From positions 1-48,686 of the forward strand of contig JAQXFQ010000030.1 in NCBI GenBank assembly GCA_029005175.1: a DNA stretch of 48,686 bases, written 5' to 3'. The notes beneath the pieces were generated by a model. It did no database searches and was not told the origin of the DNA. It saw only the letters and a list, made by a program, of their open reading frames with translations. Numbering within the stretch: position 1 is the first letter of the stretch; each line of letters begins with the position of its first letter. The stretch is from Bacillota bacterium. GTDB lineage: Bacteria > Bacillota > Clostridia > Oscillospirales > Acutalibacteraceae. Position numbers and translations under genes: made by a program. Positions 1-8,669 of this stretch are shown here, in pieces.

Positions 1-635
1 GCATACTGAGCCGGTGGCTTAGACATATAAAAGTCTTTCCAAAACGCGAGATCCTTTTCATAGCTTGGGCTTTTTTCATAATTCCATGAATCCTGATAAG
101 CGGGGAGAATAGGCAGAAATGGTTCAGGCATTTCGGTGCCGTCCTTGAGAGACTTGTAAACCTTAGTTACGTCCTCGATGAACTTAATAATACCATAATC
201 GTCTGCAATCAGATGATAAAAACAAACCAGTACGCTGTATCTGCCGTTGGCTCTTTTTACAAGGAAAACCTTGTAGAGGTCGCAATCCTGATAACCGTGC
301 GGGAACGGCGTCCTTACGAGCTTGTTGATATACTTATACATCTTATCGTCATTTTTAAAGGAAAGGCAAACGCACTTTGTTTCAGATTTATCAACAAAAT
401 ACTGCATGGCGACCTTCTTTTTGCCCTCCTTAACGTCGTGGCGTCTCACGCGTGTGGAGGGAAATCTGTCGATAGAGAGGTTGATGGCTTTCTCCATAAT
501 TTCAGGATCAATGTTATCCTGGTCAAAATTAACCATTATGCAAAGATTGTTGTAAATCTTTCCGACAAAACCCTCTGCTTGAGTAAGCAGTCTGTGTGAC
601 GGTGTCAAAGGATAATACTTTGTTTCAGTTGACAT
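1..635 (-). CDS. Stand-alone NRPS-type condensation (C) domain protein, N-terminal 211 codons only; gene continues beyond window start
   Basis: Own translation of the minus strand from ATG 635..633: MSTETKYYPLTPSHRLLTQAEGFVGKIYNNLCIMVNFDQDNIDPEIMEKAINLSIDRFPSTRVRRHD...VCFYHLIADDYG...; open to position 1. RBS AAAGGTGA lies 7 nt upstream. By eye it is a clear paralog of the 661..2064 product. Absent from the ORF track because the window edge truncates it. Confidence 0.8.
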   Translation of the reverse strand, partial: MSTETKYYPLTPSHRLLTQAEGFVGKIYNNLCIMVNFDQDNIDPEIMEKAINLSIDRFPSTRVRRHDVKEGKKKVAMQYFVDKSETKCVCLSFKNDDKMYKYINKLVRTPFPHGYQDCDLYKVFLVKRANGRYSVLVCFYHLIADDYGIIKFIEDVTKVYKSLKDGTEMPEPFLPILPAYQDSWNYEKSPSYEKDLAFWKDFYMSKPPAQY

Positions 636-660
636 AATAAAATCACCTTTCTTAATTTTT

Positions 661-2064
661 TTACATATCCATAAGCTCGCCCAAAGTAAGCTCAGGGTTG
701 CTAGTTGCCTTGTCAAGGAACTTGAGGAGGAAGCTGTGGAATTCAGCAATATCCTCTTCATTGTGTATCTTTGTCATATACTCATAGTTGACATTCATAT
801 CGCCTGAATAGGTATCGTTAGGCATTACTGTAATGTATATCGGCAGCGGGCTTTTGCCTGAAGTGAAACGCTCGCAGCTGATTTTATAATTACCGTCAGT
901 TTCCATGAAGCGAGGCTGATATGTGAAAATAATAGCACTTGAGCCGCGAACCCAGCCCTTTTCAAACTTTTTGCCGTATTCCATTCTCTGCTCCAGACGT
1001 GCGCTGCAATCTTCTTCATACAGCTTGCTGTGCATATAAAACTTGAACTGACACTCTGAGGTGTATTTACAGGCCTCAATTACAGTCATGCTGTTTTTAG
1101 CGTCCATGTAAAATGGCATTCCGGAAGCAAAACATCCGCCAGTCTTTGCTACCTTTGGATTGCTTCTGTTGGCAAGCAGATCCACAATTAAAAATTCCTC
1201 AGTTTTTTCGGTCTTTTTTGAAAGCCAGGTTCTGATTGCAAGCATATACAGCATTTTTGCCGAAAATTTACCCTCTTTGGCAAGGGCGTCCGTGCGTTCC
1301 ACCAGCTCCTTGGGAATTTTATAATTTGTCTGCACAGCCTTGCAATTAAATATATACAGATAATTTCCGAATTTTTTCCCGGGAATATATGTCTGCTTGT
1401 TTTCAAAACCATTGAGTGCGGCATACTGCGGTAAAGCCGGAATATTATCCCAGTAATCGTTCCAGAATTCTATATCGGCTTGATGTCGTTTACTGGTTTC
1501 ATAATCCCATACAGTCTGATAAGCTGGAATAAGCGGTTTAAACGGCTTCGGCATCTCTGTGTTGTTTTTCATTGCATAATATATATTGCAAAAATCTTCC
1601 GAGAATTTAGCAAGTCCATAGGAATCGATAATCAGATGATACATGCACATAAGCACGCCGTATCTGCCGTTTGCTTTTTTTACCAGATAAACCTTGTAAA
1701 GGTCGCAGTCCTGATAGTTGTTTGGAAATTTGGTTGAAACCAGCTTTCTTACAAATTTATTCAGCTTTTTATCACTCTTGAAAGAAAGTCGAACGCACCT
1801 TGTTTCCGGTTCATCAACTAAATACTGTTTTACAACCTTTTTGCCATTTTCCTTTGTATCGTGCCGTCTGAGGCGTGTAGATGGGTATCTCAGAATGGTT
1901 TGATTTATGGCATTTTCCATTATATCAGGGTCGATGTCATCCTGATCAAAGTTAATCATAACACACAAGTTATTATAAATCTTGCCGGCAAGCCCCTCCG
2001 CCAAAATCAGGCTGCCGTGATCCTTCAATAACGGATAGTAGGTTATATTTTCATCTTTCTTCAT
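661..2064 (-). CDS. Stand-alone NRPS-type condensation (C) domain protein (~467 aa)
   Basis: Has a C3-like catalytic motif MCMYHLIIDSYG, in which the second His, Asp and Gly of HHxxxDG are kept. Has a C2-like ILRYPSTRLRRHD and a YYPL N-terminus as in C1. Start moved to the second Met (MKKDENITYYPL) because GAAGGGA sits ~10 nt upstream and this aligns with the paralog's N-terminus. Confidence 0.8.
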   Translation of the reverse strand: MKKDENITYYPLLKDHGSLILAEGLAGKIYNNLCVMINFDQDDIDPDIMENAINQTILRYPSTRLRRHDTKENGKKVVKQYLVDEPETRCVRLSFKSDKKLNKFVRKLVSTKFPNNYQDCDLYKVYLVKKANGRYGVLMCMYHLIIDSYGLAKFSEDFCNIYYAMKNNTEMPKPFKPLIPAYQTVWDYETSKRHQADIEFWNDYWDNIPALPQYAALNGFENKQTYIPGKKFGNYLYIFNCKAVQTNYKIPKELVERTDALAKEGKFSAKMLYMLAIRTWLSKKTEKTEEFLIVDLLANRSNPKVAKTGGCFASGMPFYMDAKNSMTVIEACKYTSECQFKFYMHSKLYEEDCSARLEQRMEYGKKFEKGWVRGSSAIIFTYQPRFMETDGNYKISCERFTSGKSPLPIYITVMPNDTYSGDMNVNYEYMTKIHNEEDIAEFHSFLLKFLDKATSNPELTLGELMDM

Positions 2065-2094
2065 TAATTTATACATCCCTTCGTATTTACAATC

Positions 2095-2123
2095 AATATA
2101 TCGTTATACCAGCCACATTGCAA
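2095..2123 (-). promoter_or_regulatory. Putative sigma-A promoter for the C-domain genes (TTGCAA-17 nt-TATATT on the minus strand)
   Basis: Hexamers read directly from the sequence: -35 at 2118..2123, -10 at 2095..2100, 17-nt spacer. Confidence 0.45.
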
Positions 2124-2130
2124 CGAAAAG

Positions 2131-2189
2131 CTGATATAAAATAATCCCCCTAAAATTTCACTGTTAAGCTTTATTTCAGGAGGATTATT
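2131..2189 (-). terminator. Terminator-like hairpin after the ABC permease
   Basis: Arms 2140..2156 and 2173..2189 pair at about 15 of 17 positions. The tail is only a weak T-rich run (TTTATATC) on the minus strand. Confidence 0.4.
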
Positions 2190-2196
2190 GTAATGG

Positions 2197-5100
2197 TTAC
2201 TCTACAGATTTCAGAGATTCAACCATTGGTATATTAACCAAGCTTCGATACATGAAAATCATTACCGCAATCGAGAATGCACAGGTAAGAAGTATAGCGT
2301 TCAAGAAGCTGAACGGCTCAATAACGTAGCCGAACATAACATTCTTTTGCTCTATCATCTTAATAATAAATCTGTGCAGTCCCACACCGGCACCAAGTCC
2401 GAGTACAGCACCCATCAGCGTGAGAATAAGATTTTCGCTGTAAACGTAAATTGCGACTTCCTTATTCTTAAATCCAAGAACCTTAATAGTGGCAATTTCT
2501 CTCAAACGCTCCGAAACATTGATATTTGTCAGATTGTACAGCACAACAAATGCGAGCAATGCAGCACAAATTATAATGAGCATAACGATTTGGTTAAGGC
2601 TTGTAAACTGTTCATCAAATGTCTCAGCAACATTATTGAGAGCCATTACAGAGCTTGCAGCGGGAGAGTCGCTTATCTGAGTTACGAGCTCTTCATACTG
2701 CTTATCTGTAGCATCGTCTTTCACATTGACAAGAATCGTGTTTTGATCAACAGTATACCAGAAAGCGTCTTTGTAAGCGTCCTGAGTCATATATGCGTAA
2801 TGCTGCACATAGTTTTCTGTAATTCCTATAACCTCAAGCTTTTTGGTCATAGAACTGCTTGTAACATCAATTGAATCGCCAACGGTGACGTCCAATCTGT
2901 CGGCCAGTTTCTCGGTAATAATGATGCCCTTATCACTAAGCTCAAGAGGCGCGCCGGAAACTCTGTTGCGCAGTACGATATAGTCAGTCAAATGTTCTGC
3001 GTCTTCGGTTACATAGAGGGTAACAGATTCATTGTTGCCGTTATTGCCATTCTTATTTTCAGCAGTAACGCTGATGCTTCCTATGTGTGTATAAGAATCA
3101 ACTATATCGCTGTTTGAAACAAGAGAATCAAGGGCAATGCGCTGATCCAAAATATCCTCTTCATCAGAAGAATTGTTTGCAAGTGATGCAAGCATACTGT
3201 TGTCTGCGGCGGTATAAGAATAAGCTACATCAAACTTAAATATTTCACCGTATTGATTTTTTACAACAGAACTGATAGTATCATTCATGCCCAAACCGCA
3301 AAGAAGCAATGCCGTACATCCCATAATGCCTATGATAGTCATGCAAAGACGCTTCTTATATCTGAAGATATTGCGGACAGTAACCTTCTGAGAGAAGTTG
3401 AGGTGATTCCAGAAGAAATGAATGCGTTCCAGGAAGATAGCCTTACCGATTTTCGGTGCTTTGGGACGCATAAGTGTGGCAGGCACACTGTTAAGCTCAC
3501 TGCGGCACACAAAATAAGCCGTAAGAACCATGGCAAGAGTAGTGATGCAGAAAGAGGAGATAATGATAGAGGGATGAAATGACTGCATTATATCCTTAGG
3601 CTGGCTGTACATTGCCGACCACGCGTTGTACACAGCATATGGGAATAGCTTTATTCCTATAGCAGCGCCTATAACAGCACCTGTAATGCTGGCAATGAAT
3701 ACGTAAAGAATATATTTTGCAGAAATAGCAGCATTGCTGTAACCGAGAGCCTTGTAAGTACCGATTACGCCGCGCTGTTCGTCTATCATACGTGTCATTG
3801 TGGTCATGCATACCAATATAGCAACCAAAATGAAAAATACGGGCAGGAACTGTGCCATTGCTTTCATGCTGCTTGCAGTGTTGTCGTAGCTTGCATAGCC
3901 GTAGTTGAAGTTTCTGTCAAACACATACCAGGAAGCCTCTTCGATCTGGTCGATCTGTCTCTGGGCAGATGCGAGCTGATCTTCCGCGCTTTCGAGCTGA
4001 GCCTTACCTGAGAGTTTCTGCTTTTCAAAGGTTTTCTTTCCGGCGTAATACTGTTTCCAGCCGGCTTCCAACTGAGCTTTACCCTTGCTAAAGGCAGCCT
4101 GTGCATTTGCCTTCTGACGCTTAAGCTCTGCTTTGCCGTTGGCTAAATCCTTTTTACCCTGGGCAAGTTCCGCTTTTGCAGAATTTAGAGTTTTTCTCGC
4201 ACTGCTCAGCTGAGCTTCATAGACATCCATGACCTGAGCTACGCCGTCATTGAGTTCATTGAGTCCCTTGCTTGTGTCCTGAAGCAGCTTGTTGTATTCG
4301 TCATACATTGCAAGCATTTCAAGATATGTCAATCGATCCTCGGGAGAAAGGTCAGGATCCTTAAGTTTCTCTTCTATTTCCTTGCGATTTTCGCTGCTTT
4401 TTTCCGCAAGCTCTTTTGTAGTTTTTGCAAGACGGTCAAGTCTTTCAATAGAATCCTTGTTTTCGGCAAGTGCATCGTTGTACTCTTTTTGAGCCTCTTC
4501 CAATTGCTTTTCGCCTTCGGCAATAGCCTTTTCACTTTCGGCAATCTGCTTTTCTGCAGTTTTTATATCGGCTTCGGCGTCAGCGATTTTTGCCTTATAA
4601 ATTTCCTGCTGGCTTTCAAGCTCGGCGTCGCCGTTTACAAGCTTTTTATATGATTCCTCAAGCTTTTTTTCGGCGGCAGATATTTGTTTGTCGTAATTTG
4701 CCTTTTCCTTGTCATACTTAGCCTGAGCCTCGTCGAGCTGAGACTGAGCATAGTCACGAAGCTGATCGGCGCGCTTCATCGCACGGTCAACGGCAACATT
4801 TTCAACCTTTGACTTAACCTTGTCGATGATTTGCTGATAGGTATCATCGTCAAAGCAGTCCATTTCCTTTGCGCCCTTGACAGTTACAACAGCTTCCAGA
4901 TAGACATTTTCATTTTCAAGATACATGTTCTTAAAATCAAATGCAGCTTCGGGAATGTAAGCAAAAAGGCTTATGCTCTTGTTGCTGATAGTCTGGGATG
5001 TACCCATCTCATAGGTCAGATAGAGCGGAGTTGTGATAAGACCAACCACAGTGTACTCATCATAATATAAAGTACCGTCAGTAAGAGCGGTGGACGTGCC

Positions 5101-5601
5101 GGAAGAAAACTTGAGCACATCGCCGATTTTAACATTATATCCGCCCGCCATAGTATCGGGGAGCTGCACTACGATTTCATTCGGCTTTTCAGGAAGTCTG
5201 CCTTCCTTTACGTTCAGCCTGTTTATATAGCTGTCCAGATTTCCTGCGTCGCTATCGCTTACATAATTATTAGGGAGGCTGTGCAGACGGAATACCAGTT
5301 CGTTTTCATTAACCACGGTAACTACATCGGTAAGGAAGCCCGGCTGAACATTTTCAACGCCGTCAACTTCTTTTATAGCCTGAATATCTTCTTCTGTCAA
5401 TCCGAGAGGCGAGATAATCTGCAAATCCTGAACATTGTATTCATCAAAATAATTGTCTATGGTGTAGGCCATGTCAGGCGCAGCTGATTTAAGTCCGGCA
5501 AAAAAGGAAACACCGATAGCAACGATACAAAGGATGGATACGAAGCGGTTCTTAGATTTCCATATCTCTCTGATCAGATCTTTAAAGAGGGATTTTGTCA
5601 T
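2197..5601 (-). CDS. ABC transporter permease, MacB/FtsX family with two FtsX modules and a long extracytoplasmic coiled-coil insert (1134 aa)
   Basis: N-terminal TM (FVSILCIVAIGVSFFAGL), then a MacB-like extracytoplasmic domain. A ~280-aa heptad-like region rich in Lys, Glu, Ala and Gln follows (QLDEAQAKYDKEKANYDKQI...KAELAQGKKDLANGKAELKRQK). Two FtsX-type TM bundles are present (TRMIDEQRGVIGTYKALGY; ERLREIATIKVLGF). The stop is 6 nt from the ATPase gene. Confidence 0.85.
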   Translation of the reverse strand: MTKSLFKDLIREIWKSKNRFVSILCIVAIGVSFFAGLKSAAPDMAYTIDNYFDEYNVQDLQIISPLGLTEEDIQAIKEVDGVENVQPGFLTDVVTVVNENELVFRLHSLPNNYVSDSDAGNLDSYINRLNVKEGRLPEKPNEIVVQLPDTMAGGYNVKIGDVLKFSSGTSTALTDGTLYYDEYTVVGLITTPLYLTYEMGTSQTISNKSISLFAYIPEAAFDFKNMYLENENVYLEAVVTVKGAKEMDCFDDDTYQQIIDKVKSKVENVAVDRAMKRADQLRDYAQSQLDEAQAKYDKEKANYDKQISAAEKKLEESYKKLVNGDAELESQQEIYKAKIADAEADIKTAEKQIAESEKAIAEGEKQLEEAQKEYNDALAENKDSIERLDRLAKTTKELAEKSSENRKEIEEKLKDPDLSPEDRLTYLEMLAMYDEYNKLLQDTSKGLNELNDGVAQVMDVYEAQLSSARKTLNSAKAELAQGKKDLANGKAELKRQKANAQAAFSKGKAQLEAGWKQYYAGKKTFEKQKLSGKAQLESAEDQLASAQRQIDQIEEASWYVFDRNFNYGYASYDNTASSMKAMAQFLPVFFILVAILVCMTTMTRMIDEQRGVIGTYKALGYSNAAISAKYILYVFIASITGAVIGAAIGIKLFPYAVYNAWSAMYSQPKDIMQSFHPSIIISSFCITTLAMVLTAYFVCRSELNSVPATLMRPKAPKIGKAIFLERIHFFWNHLNFSQKVTVRNIFRYKKRLCMTIIGIMGCTALLLCGLGMNDTISSVVKNQYGEIFKFDVAYSYTAADNSMLASLANNSSDEEDILDQRIALDSLVSNSDIVDSYTHIGSISVTAENKNGNNGNNESVTLYVTEDAEHLTDYIVLRNRVSGAPLELSDKGIIITEKLADRLDVTVGDSIDVTSSSMTKKLEVIGITENYVQHYAYMTQDAYKDAFWYTVDQNTILVNVKDDATDKQYEELVTQISDSPAASSVMALNNVAETFDEQFTSLNQIVMLIIICAALLAFVVLYNLTNINVSERLREIATIKVLGFKNKEVAIYVYSENLILTLMGAVLGLGAGVGLHRFIIKMIEQKNVMFGYVIEPFSFLNAILLTCAFSIAVMIFMYRSLVNIPMVESLKSVE

Positions 5602-5607
5602 AATTAA

Positions 5608-6546
5608 TTACCACTCCACATCTTCAATGGATTTAGGATTATCATTGAGCGAAATAGACTCAATGCGTCCGTTTTTGACTTTGATAACCTTGTCGCCTAT
5701 GTCTGTAAGTGCAAGGTTGTGAGTAATGATGATAACTGTCATACCCGTGCTTCTCGCAGTATCCTGGAGCAACTTAAGTATAGCCTTACCGGTGTTGTAG
5801 TCAAGAGCGCCTGTCGGTTCGTCGCAAAGCAGCAGCTTTGGGTTCTTGGCCAGTGCACGGGCGATAGCCACACGCTGCTGCTCACCGCCCGAAAGCTGAG
5901 AGGGGAAATTGTTTGCACGCTCATTCAGACCAACGGCGTCAATGGTTTCCATGATGTCCAGAGGATTTTTGCTGACCTGAGTTGCAAGTTCGACATTTTC
6001 CTTTGCGGTAAGATTCTGAACCAGATTGTAGAACTGGAAAACAAATCCAACGTCGTATCTGCGGTATAAAATAAGGTGTTTATTGTCGTACTTGCTGACC
6101 TCATTGCCGTCAACCCAAATCTCGCCGCTTGTCAATGTATCCATACCGCCGAGGATGTTAAGTATAGTACTTTTACCGGCGCCGCTGGCACCCGCAATGA
6201 TAACAAACTCGCCCTGGTTTATAGAAAAATTAACACCGTCAAGCGCATGGATTTCAGTTTCACCCATTTTGTAGGTTTTGCGCACGTCGTTAAATTCTAT
6301 GAAAGCGTGACCCGACCTTGAAACATCGGAAATGCTGACTTCATCAGAAGGAGCAGCATTATCGAAATTTTTGATAGCCTCAGACATATCAACTTCATTC
6401 GTATCGTAATTTCCATCTAAATCGTCTGAAACATCTTCAGCAATCTCCGCATTGGCTTCATCCGAATTTGTCTCTTCGACTTCATCGAATGCAAATTCGT
6501 CTTCTTCCAAAACGGATTGTTTTTTTGATTTTAATTTCTCCAACAT
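5608..6546 (-). CDS. ABC transporter ATP-binding protein (MacB-type) with ~85-aa acidic N-terminal extension
   Basis: Walker [10 protein letters not shown], signature [15 protein letters not shown], Walker [13 protein letters not shown]. The first ~85 residues are Asp/Glu-rich with no ABC motifs. RBS AGGAGGAA is upstream. Confidence 0.9.
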   Translation of the reverse strand: MLEKLKSKKQSVLEEDEFAFDEVEETNSDEANAEIAEDVSDDLDGNYDTNEVDMSEAIKNFDNAAPSDEVSISDVSRSGHAFIEFNDVRKTYKMGETEIHALDGVNFSINQGEFVIIAGASGAGKSTILNILGGMDTLTSGEIWVDGNEVSKYDNKHLILYRRYDVGFVFQFYNLVQNLTAKENVELATQVSKNPLDIMETIDAVGLNERANNFPSQLSGGEQQRVAIARALAKNPKLLLCDEPTGALDYNTGKAILKLLQDTARSTGMTVIIITHNLALTDIGDKVIKVKNGRIESISLNDNPKSIEDVEW

Positions 6547-6742
6547 TAAATCGTTCCTCCTGATAAACGAGTAATTAAATACAGTTATTTTGGAAATGCT
6601 TTTACGTCAACCTGACAAAACAACATATTAAGTTTGATGCGTATGCTGTTTTACGGATTGATGTATAAACAGTCACCATTCAACCGACAAAATTCATAAA
6701 AAATCTGACGACTGAATGGCAACAGAACTTATTGTAAATAGG

Positions 6743-6967
6743 TTAGATAAGGGTTGTGATGTACTTGGCAAGATCTTCGATTGTGCGGATGTTGACAAGT
6801 TCATCAGTATCGATTTCGATGCCGAATTCATCCTCAAGCTCGCCGATCATTGCAACGATGTCGTAGGAATTCATCTTAAGATCCTTGAGGAACTCCGTTT
6901 CGGGAGTAATCTCACTCTCATCAGCGTCAACATACTCAAGCAGCTTTGTCTTAATTTTCTCAAACAT
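6743..6967 (-). CDS. Acyl carrier protein (74 aa)
   Basis: Carrier-protein fold signature LKDLKMNSYDIVAMIGELEDEFGIEI, with Ser in the position of the DSL phosphopantetheine site. Start taken at MFEKIK, with RBS GAAAGGAGAA 7 nt upstream. The ATG overlaps the ligase stop (ATGTTTGA). Confidence 0.8.
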   Translation of the reverse strand: MFEKIKTKLLEYVDADESEITPETEFLKDLKMNSYDIVAMIGELEDEFGIEIDTDELVNIRTIEDLAKYITTLI

Positions 6968-8669
6968 TTGCGGTTCTCCTTTCAATCATAAACCTTTTGA
7001 TTTTTTTGGTTGTTGTTTTTTCAAATTCAGAATCATAAATAACCACATCAGTAATTCTCTTAAATGTAGCGATCTTTGAATTGAATTTGGCTATATCATT
7101 CATCAGATATGCATATCTGTCCTCAACGCCATTGGCTGTGAGGAATTCATCGTCGAGATAACACGCGGCGTAGATGCCTGTATTTGCCTCGTCTGCATAA
7201 ACGACTACTTCCTTAATATATGCAATCTGAGCAACCAACATTTCTTCAATTTCCTCCGGGAATACATTTTTTCCGTTGGGCAGTATAATCAGATTTTTTA
7301 CTCTGCCGGAAATATAGAGGAAGTTATCTTTGTCTAAATAACCTATGTCGCCTGTTTTAAACCAGCCGTCTTCTGTAAACACAGCTTTTGTGCTCGCCTC
7401 GTCCTTGTAGTATCCAAGCATAACATTGTCGCCCTTTACAAGGATTTCACCGTATCCGTTTCTATCTGGGTTATCAATGCGAACGGTAGTTCCGGGAACG
7501 ACCATACCCACAGAGCCTACCTTTTTAAATCTGGTGCAGTTTGCGGCTACCAGCGGTGAACATTCAGTGATACCGTAGCCCTCTACTATATCAATTCCGT
7601 AAGAATCAAGAGTTTTGATAATCTCCTTGGAAAGCGGAGCACCGCCGCAGACTATTTGATTAATGTTGCCGCCGAATTTGTCGAGGATAGGTTTAAAGAA
7701 AAGTCTGCGCTTATCAATACCGATTTTTCTGATAAGGTTGCTGAATTTAGCACCGTAGCGAAGATGATTTGAAAGACCTGCTTTTTCAGATTCCACATTA
7801 ATTTTTCTTACCATTGTTTCAAGGAAAATCGGAACCATGAGTGAAAATGTCGGCTTGAATCTCTCGAAGTTTTGCATAACGTGCTTGAGGTCATCATTAA
7901 AGCATACTGTGGTACCGAGATAGAGCGCACAGAGAAGGTGAGTGTTTTTTTCGTAAGTGTGGTTAATAGGAAGTACGGAAAGAGTATTTTCACCCGGGCG
8001 AATCAATTTCATTGAGCTGTAAACAGTAGCGCACACGTTTTTATGTGAAAGCATAACGCCCTTGTTTGCGCCTGTTGTACCCGATGTAAACACGATTTCG
8101 CTCATGATTTCAGGATTAATTTCCGCGTCAATAAACGATCTGTCGCCGTTGTTGACAAGCTCTTGACCTTTTGCTATCACATCGGTAAAAGACAGGCAGC
8201 CTTCAGCTTCATAATCAAAGCCTTCCTTAGCTCTCATAACAATGCAGTATTTAACATTTGGGCATTGCTCCAATGCCTGCTTTATCTTTTTATACATTTT
8301 AAACGAGCAGAAAATAGCTGCACATTCGCTGATGTTTATCTGCTTTGCAAGTGTATCAGGCTGGAGTTCCTTATCAAGAGGCACAGCAACACCGGTACCG
8401 TTTACAATACCGAAATATGCTTCCATCCACTCTATTGAAGTTTCTCCTATAACGGCAATCTGCTTGCCCTTAAGTCCCATGGCAATCAGTTGAGTGCCGA
8501 TAGCGTTGGATCTTTCAAGCATCTGGTTAAAGGTTACAGTTTCAGTCTCTGTTTTGCTGACGATCTGCTCAAACAAAACTGAATCCCCGTAAAGCTTCGC
8601 GCCCCGCTCCACCAGTTCCTTTAAATCTTTCATGCGATCGGCTTTAAAAAGTTTCTTTTTGTAATTCAC
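6960..8669 (-). CDS. AMP-dependent acyl ligase (long-chain fatty-acid-CoA/ACP ligase-like, ANL superfamily)
   Basis: Core motifs FTSGTTGANKGVMLSH, GYGITE, TGDIGYLD and GRVKNLIILPNGKNVFP. GTG start with RBS GGAAGGAGA 8 nt upstream. Confidence 0.9.
   Translation of the reverse strand: MNYKKKLFKADRMKDLKELVERGAKLYGDSVLFEQIVSKTETETVTFNQMLERSNAIGTQLIAMGLKGKQIAVIGETSIEWMEAYFGIVNGTGVAVPLDKELQPDTLAKQINISECAAIFCSFKMYKKIKQALEQCPNVKYCIVMRAKEGFDYEAEGCLSFTDVIAKGQELVNNGDRSFIDAEINPEIMSEIVFTSGTTGANKGVMLSHKNVCATVYSSMKLIRPGENTLSVLPINHTYEKNTHLLCALYLGTTVCFNDDLKHVMQNFERFKPTFSLMVPIFLETMVRKINVESEKAGLSNHLRYGAKFSNLIRKIGIDKRRLFFKPILDKFGGNINQIVCGGAPLSKEIIKTLDSYGIDIVEGYGITECSPLVAANCTRFKKVGSVGMVVPGTTVRIDNPDRNGYGEILVKGDNVMLGYYKDEASTKAVFTEDGWFKTGDIGYLDKDNFLYISGRVKNLIILPNGKNVFPEEIEEMLVAQIAYIKEVVVYADEANTGIYAACYLDDEFLTANGVEDRYAYLMNDIAKFNSKIATFKRITDVVIYDSEFEKTTTKKIKRFMIERRTANV

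Noticed and set aside
213-1737. Plus-strand ORFs 213..599 and 1480..1737 have similar translations (…YAVSAVGSFYKENLVEVAILITV vs …HAVSAVCFFYQINLVKVAVLIVV).
   Set aside because: The similarity only reflects the paralogy of the two real minus-strand condensation-domain genes, read on the wrong strand.
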